Below are positions 59,581 to 64,000 of a DNA stretch of 64,000 nucleotides, one piece after another. This stretch comes from Octopus vulgaris (taxonomy: Eukaryota), in the NCBI GenBank assembly GCA_951406725.2, contig OX597828.1:19344001-19408000 (forward strand), in the 5' to 3' direction. Position 1 is the first letter of the stretch. Each line of letters opens with the position of its first letter. The notes under the pieces were generated by a model. That model was not told where the DNA came from and did not search any database. It saw only the letters and a list, made by a program, of their open reading frames with translations. Position numbers and translations under genes: made by a program.

Positions 59581-60800
59581 TATACAGATAATTGTATAAT
59601 GCTTTGGTTGGAAATAGCTGTGGGAATGACCTGAACATTGTGAATAAAGACAAAGTCGAGTATGTTATTTTCTCCTAATTGGACGAGTAATGATTTGTTG
59701 TATGGGAAAGTCTTTTGTTGTATCGAGGAAAGGGTTCATATCCCTCCACTTCAGTTGCTTAGTTCCAGGCTAGATATAATCCTCGGACCAGCTAAGATTA
59801 GTAAAATTAAAGACCCCTGTTAAAAGCATGTTAGCCTGTGTGCTGGCTTCAGCTAGGGTTAGACTTATGAACAAAAAAAAAGCACCTCTGAAGTGATTTT
59901 CGTGGTTAACCGCGTCAGGGTGACGGTAGGTAATGCTTTTAATATCATTTCCTTTTAATATAAATTAATTTGAAATTGTCGAATACATTTCTTTGCAAAT
60001 TAGGTAATTTCGGTTGTTGGTCTGCAATCATTTATAGTTAAATGTTTCCTTTCAAAATCTCTAGTATTTCGAATGAGCAATATGTATCAAAGCATTTAAC
60101 AATGAGCATTAAATATCAAAGATAAAAATAAATCATTTTGTTCCCTTGTCAAACTTTGGACCTAACAACATAAATGAGAAAACCGATATGACTGAAAGAA
60201 TTTTTAAAGGGCTTTTATTTTTAGGCTGAGGTCAAACAGTCGAATCCATTCAACCATGTCGTCAGTCTTTAGCAAGATCAACTACAAAGAACTTGAGAGG
60301 GGACAAGAACCTTCACACATTTTCAGCATTGCAAGATTTTGGAGTTATTTTTGTCAGAATAGAGCTGTCTTCAAGAATCCAAGTAATGTTATGTATTGAA
60401 GAGTAGCCGTAGATGCTGGTCATGTTGTTTGCTGCAACTGTTGTTGTCACATACTTTTTATTTTGACGCTACTTTGCTTCAGAAGTTGGTTAGTTATAAA
60501 TTCCCTTGGGAATTTTAAGCCCAGCTTCATCACTTTTATTTATATATTTTCGTTCTTTGTTTTTGCTTTGAAACGAAATCTAGCTTCAAGCATTTTATAC
60601 AGATAATTTTTTAGACACTATTTTCTGAAACTGGTAAAATTATGTAGGGGGTGCAAATTTTGATCTTGCACCACCTGAAAATTCCAAGGGGTGCACCCGC
60701 TGCAACCCCTGTTCCCGGGCCCTTGCTCAGTTGATCTCAGCTATGTTGATGTCAAGTACTACACTATTTTCACTAAATTTCTTTTGGAAGTAAAAGGCGT

Positions 60801-61172
60801 AGGAGTGGTTGTATGATAAGTAGCTTGCTTACAAACCACATGGTTTCGGGTTCAGTCCTACTGCGAGGCACCTTGGGCAAGTGTCTTCTACTATAGCCTC
60901 GGGCCGACCAAAGCCTTGTGAGTGGATTTGGTAGACGGAAACTGAAAGAAGCCTGTCGTATGTGTGTGTGTGTGCGTGTGTGTGTGTGTGTGTGCTTGTG
61001 TGTCTGTGTTTGTCCCCCCAACATCGCTTGACCGATGCTGGTGTGTTTACGTCCCCGTAACTTAGCGGTTCGGCAAAAGAATAAGTCCTGGGGTCGATTT
61101 GCTCGACTAAAGGCGGTGCTCCAGCTTGACCACAGTCGAACGACTGAAACAAGTAAAGGAGTAAAAAGTAAG
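60801..61172 (+). mobile_element. SINE family A
   Basis: Head, core and tail match the other copies. Confidence 0.85.
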
Positions 61173-61426
61173 TAACGTAGTTCTCGGGGATATTCAGCGT
61201 GACACAAAGAGTGACAAGGCCGGCCCTTTGAAATACAGGTACAACAGAAACAGGAAGTAAGAGTGAGAGAAAGAGCACAGCAGGGATCACCACCATCCCT
61301 GCCAGAGCCTCATGGAGCTTTAGGTGTTTTCGCTCAATAAACACTCACAACGCCCGGTCTGGGAATCGAAACCGCGATCTTACGACCGCGAGTCCACTGC
61401 CCTAACCACTGGGCCATTGCGCCTCC
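61173..61426 (-). mobile_element. tRNA-derived SINE family C
   Basis: Reverse complement of ggcgcaatggcccagtggttagggcag...ggtttcgattcccagaccgggcg. Confidence 0.75.
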
Positions 61427-61932
61427 ACACAAGCTAAATATCCTTGATACGATCAATTGACTGAAAGTTTTGCATGGTAGAGGCAATGCGGATTGTAGAG
61501 ACTCGGGTAATAATACCTGAGGACAATGTACATCACTGAGAAGGTTTAATAAGATAGAAATATTGCTTGTAATTATCAACAGTTGGCTTTTAAGATTACC
61601 AACTCCAACTCTCACTCCCAATCGGCATTTTCTGTATTGTCCCAAAATTTCGATCAACGTGTGTGTGTGTGTGTGCGCGCGCGCGCAAACGTGTGGCTTG
61701 TCCTTCAACATCGCTTGACAACCGGTGCTGGTTTGTTTATATCCTTGTAACTCAGAGGTTCGGGCAAGATCGACCGATAGAATAAATACCAGATTATGAA
61801 AAAGAAAATAAGTCCTGGGGTCGATTTGTTCGACCTAAGCCCTTCAGGGTAGTGCCACACAGTATGACTGCAGTCCAATCCCTGAAACATGTAAAAGATA
61901 ACAAGACAACCTTGAAAACAAGTTTCTTATAT

Positions 61933-62329
61933 ACTCTTTTCTCTTTTATTTGTTTCAGTCATTTGACTGCGGCCATGCTGGAGCACAGCCTTTAGTCGAG
62001 CAAATCGACCCCGGGACTTTGTAAGCCCAGTACTTATTCTATCGGTCTCTTTTGCCGAACCGCTAAGTTACGGGGACGTAAACACACCAGCATCGGTTGT
62101 CAAGCAATGCTAGGGGAACAAACACAGACACACAAACATATTCACACACACTTATATATATATACATATATACGACAGGCTTCTTTCAGTTTCCGTCTAC
62201 CAAATCCACTCACAAGGCATTGGTCGGCCCGGGGCTATAGCAGAAGACACGTGCCCAAGATGCCACGCAGTGGGACTGAACCCGGAACCATGTGGTTGGT
62301 TAGCAAGCTACTTACCAAACAGCCACTCC
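61933..62329 (-). mobile_element. SINE family A
   Basis: Full-length reverse-complement copy. Confidence 0.85.
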
Positions 62330-62547
62330 CGCGCCTATATGTATAAACTCCTTCCATAATTAGTCCGCCATTTAACTCTCTCCTCTCCATTTTTTCTCAC
62401 TCTTCTTCCCCCTTCGTTCTTCTCCGAAGTCTGATATACTCTCTCACATTTTTTTTTATGTATGTGTTGTGTATGGTGTCCCTTTACTCATTGCCTGCCA
62501 TCATGCTTCGTATGTTAACTCACTTTCAATCTCTCTTTTACTTTCTC

Positions 62548-62586
<39 letters not shown>

Positions 62587-62650
62587 TGCCATTCCCTCTG
62601 TGTATGACTTAGAGCGTGGCTACAGACAACATCCAATCAACATTTATATC

Positions 62651-62879
62651 GGCGGCGAGCTGGCAGAATCGTTAGCACGTCGGGTGAAATGCTTAGCGTT
62701 AGTTCGTCTGTCGCTACGTTCTGAGTTCAAATTCCGCCGAGGTCGACTTTGCCTTTCATCCTTTCGGGGTCGATAAATAAAGTACCAGTTTCGCACTGGG
62801 GTCGTTGTAATCGACTTAATCCGTTTGTCTGTCCTTATTTGTCCCCTCTATGTTTAGCCCCTTGTGGGCAATAAAGAAA
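62651..62879 (+). mobile_element. SINE family B
   Basis: Full-length copy; an inverted partial copy lies at 63040-63188. Confidence 0.8.
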
Positions 62880-64000
62880 AATATTTAATTAGGTAGAGAT
62901 GTGTGACAACCATGCAGTCATGCAGAACGCTTCTTAAAGGTGTCACTCTACTCCTCATCACTCAGTATATCTACATTTATCTGTCCTTACGACACCTACC
63001 AATTCACAAATTCCCCTCCTCTATAGAACTATTACCTATTTCTTTATTACCCACAAGGGGCTAAACAAGGACAGACATATGTATTACATCGACCCCAGTG
63101 CGTAACTAGTACTTAATTTATCGACCCCGAAAGGATGAAAGGCAAAGTCGACCTCGGCGGAATTTGAACTCACAACGTAGCGGCAGACCTATAAAACCTC
63201 TCTTAATTTTATCTTCTGCCAACACACGAATGACTATATCTTTCTCCTCTCCAGTTTTATTAATCTACCTCTTTAATTTTCTCTTCCTATTACCCCTATA
63301 AACAATGCACCTTTCCTCATTCTTTCTCTCGCTTCGCTACAAAACTCCTACTACCTCTCATATAATACCACCACCTCTCTTCCCACCCCTATTGTATTTA
63401 TTATTCGCTCTTTCTGCTCTATCTACCACTCACTCCCCTTGGAAAGTACGCTACTTTCACTACACCTCATTACCCCTCTCTCAGTTTGTTTTACTTATCG
63501 ATTTCTCACAAAAAGTACACTATTTCTCTCTTTCTCTTCCCCCTTTTTTGTATTACGCTGTCTACTCTACCTACTACTAACACGCAAAGCACACTCTCTC
63601 TTATTCTCACTCTCTCTTCTTACCTCAAAATCATTCACTCTTTATTTCTCTATCGCTATTTGCTCTCCAGCTTCACAGAACACACGTCTCTCTCTTTCTC
63701 TCTAAATATATACCTCTTTCTCTCTCTCCCTCATTATTTACTTACTCCTACCACATAAGCGGTGGTTTGGCAGAGGCGTAAAAATGCTTTCGGTATTTAG
63801 TTACATCCCCTTACATTCTCGAGTTCAAATTCCGCCAAGGTCAACTTGATTTTTCCATATTTCTGTTGTCAGCAACAATAAAATAGAATACTAATCAAGT
63901 TTTGGGGACGATTTAATATTCTAGGCATAAATGGAATTATAAGAGAAGGCTTCTACGGAACACACAACATACTCATGCTCCATCTCTACATAAAATGTCG

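Larger units (their letters stand above)
56480..59950 (-). mobile_element. Old, heavily decayed CR1/L2-type LINE hosting nested insertions
   Basis: Minus-strand fragments IQDLGVIMSND...IGCILRTFMTREP...KTLVLSSLYYC (RT C-terminal region) and, near 59620-59940, ENNILDFVF and TGVFNFTNLSW (endonuclease-like). Confidence 0.5.

Noticed and set aside
60150-60726. Possible hAT 3' remnant ending in a GC-rich terminus
   Set aside because: No matching second terminus or convincing transposase motif is visible.

Overview
AT-rich, repeat-dense animal genomic DNA. The SINE families, microsatellite load and TTAGGG repeats point to an octopus or other coleoid cephalopod; this is recognition, not a database result. 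The host genes are a same-strand tandem array of three VWA5A-like genes (VIT domain, vWA domain with MIDAS, linker, PARP4-like C-terminal helical domain), each with its CDS in one exon behind a splice acceptor. Copy 1 (2479-4556) is a pseudogene with a +1 frameshift, a 218-bp deletion and an in-frame TGA. Copy 2 (30399-32690, 763 aa) and copy 3 (39288-41795, 835 aa) are intact. The copies are near-identical except for one sharply bounded linker of about 95-167 aa, which is basic in copy 1 and acidic with DxVD-S motifs in copies 2 and 3. This looks like an interchangeable protease-bait region in a diversifying immune-type array and is the main finding. Positions 1-1495 duplicate the flank downstream of copy 2, implying a fourth copy just upstream of the window. 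The rest is transposable elements and satellites: a near-intact hAT, a Helitron with an empty site in the paralogous segment, gypsy and solo-LTR relics, CR1/RTE/RLE LINE pieces, mariner and Tigger relics, several tRNA-derived SINE families, hammerhead-like motifs in Penelope-type repeats, a telomere-repeat fold-back MITE, a 52-bp satellite rich in STAT/kB/ETS-like motifs, and a 13-bp satellite. Repeat boundaries are read by eye and approximate unless termini are quoted.
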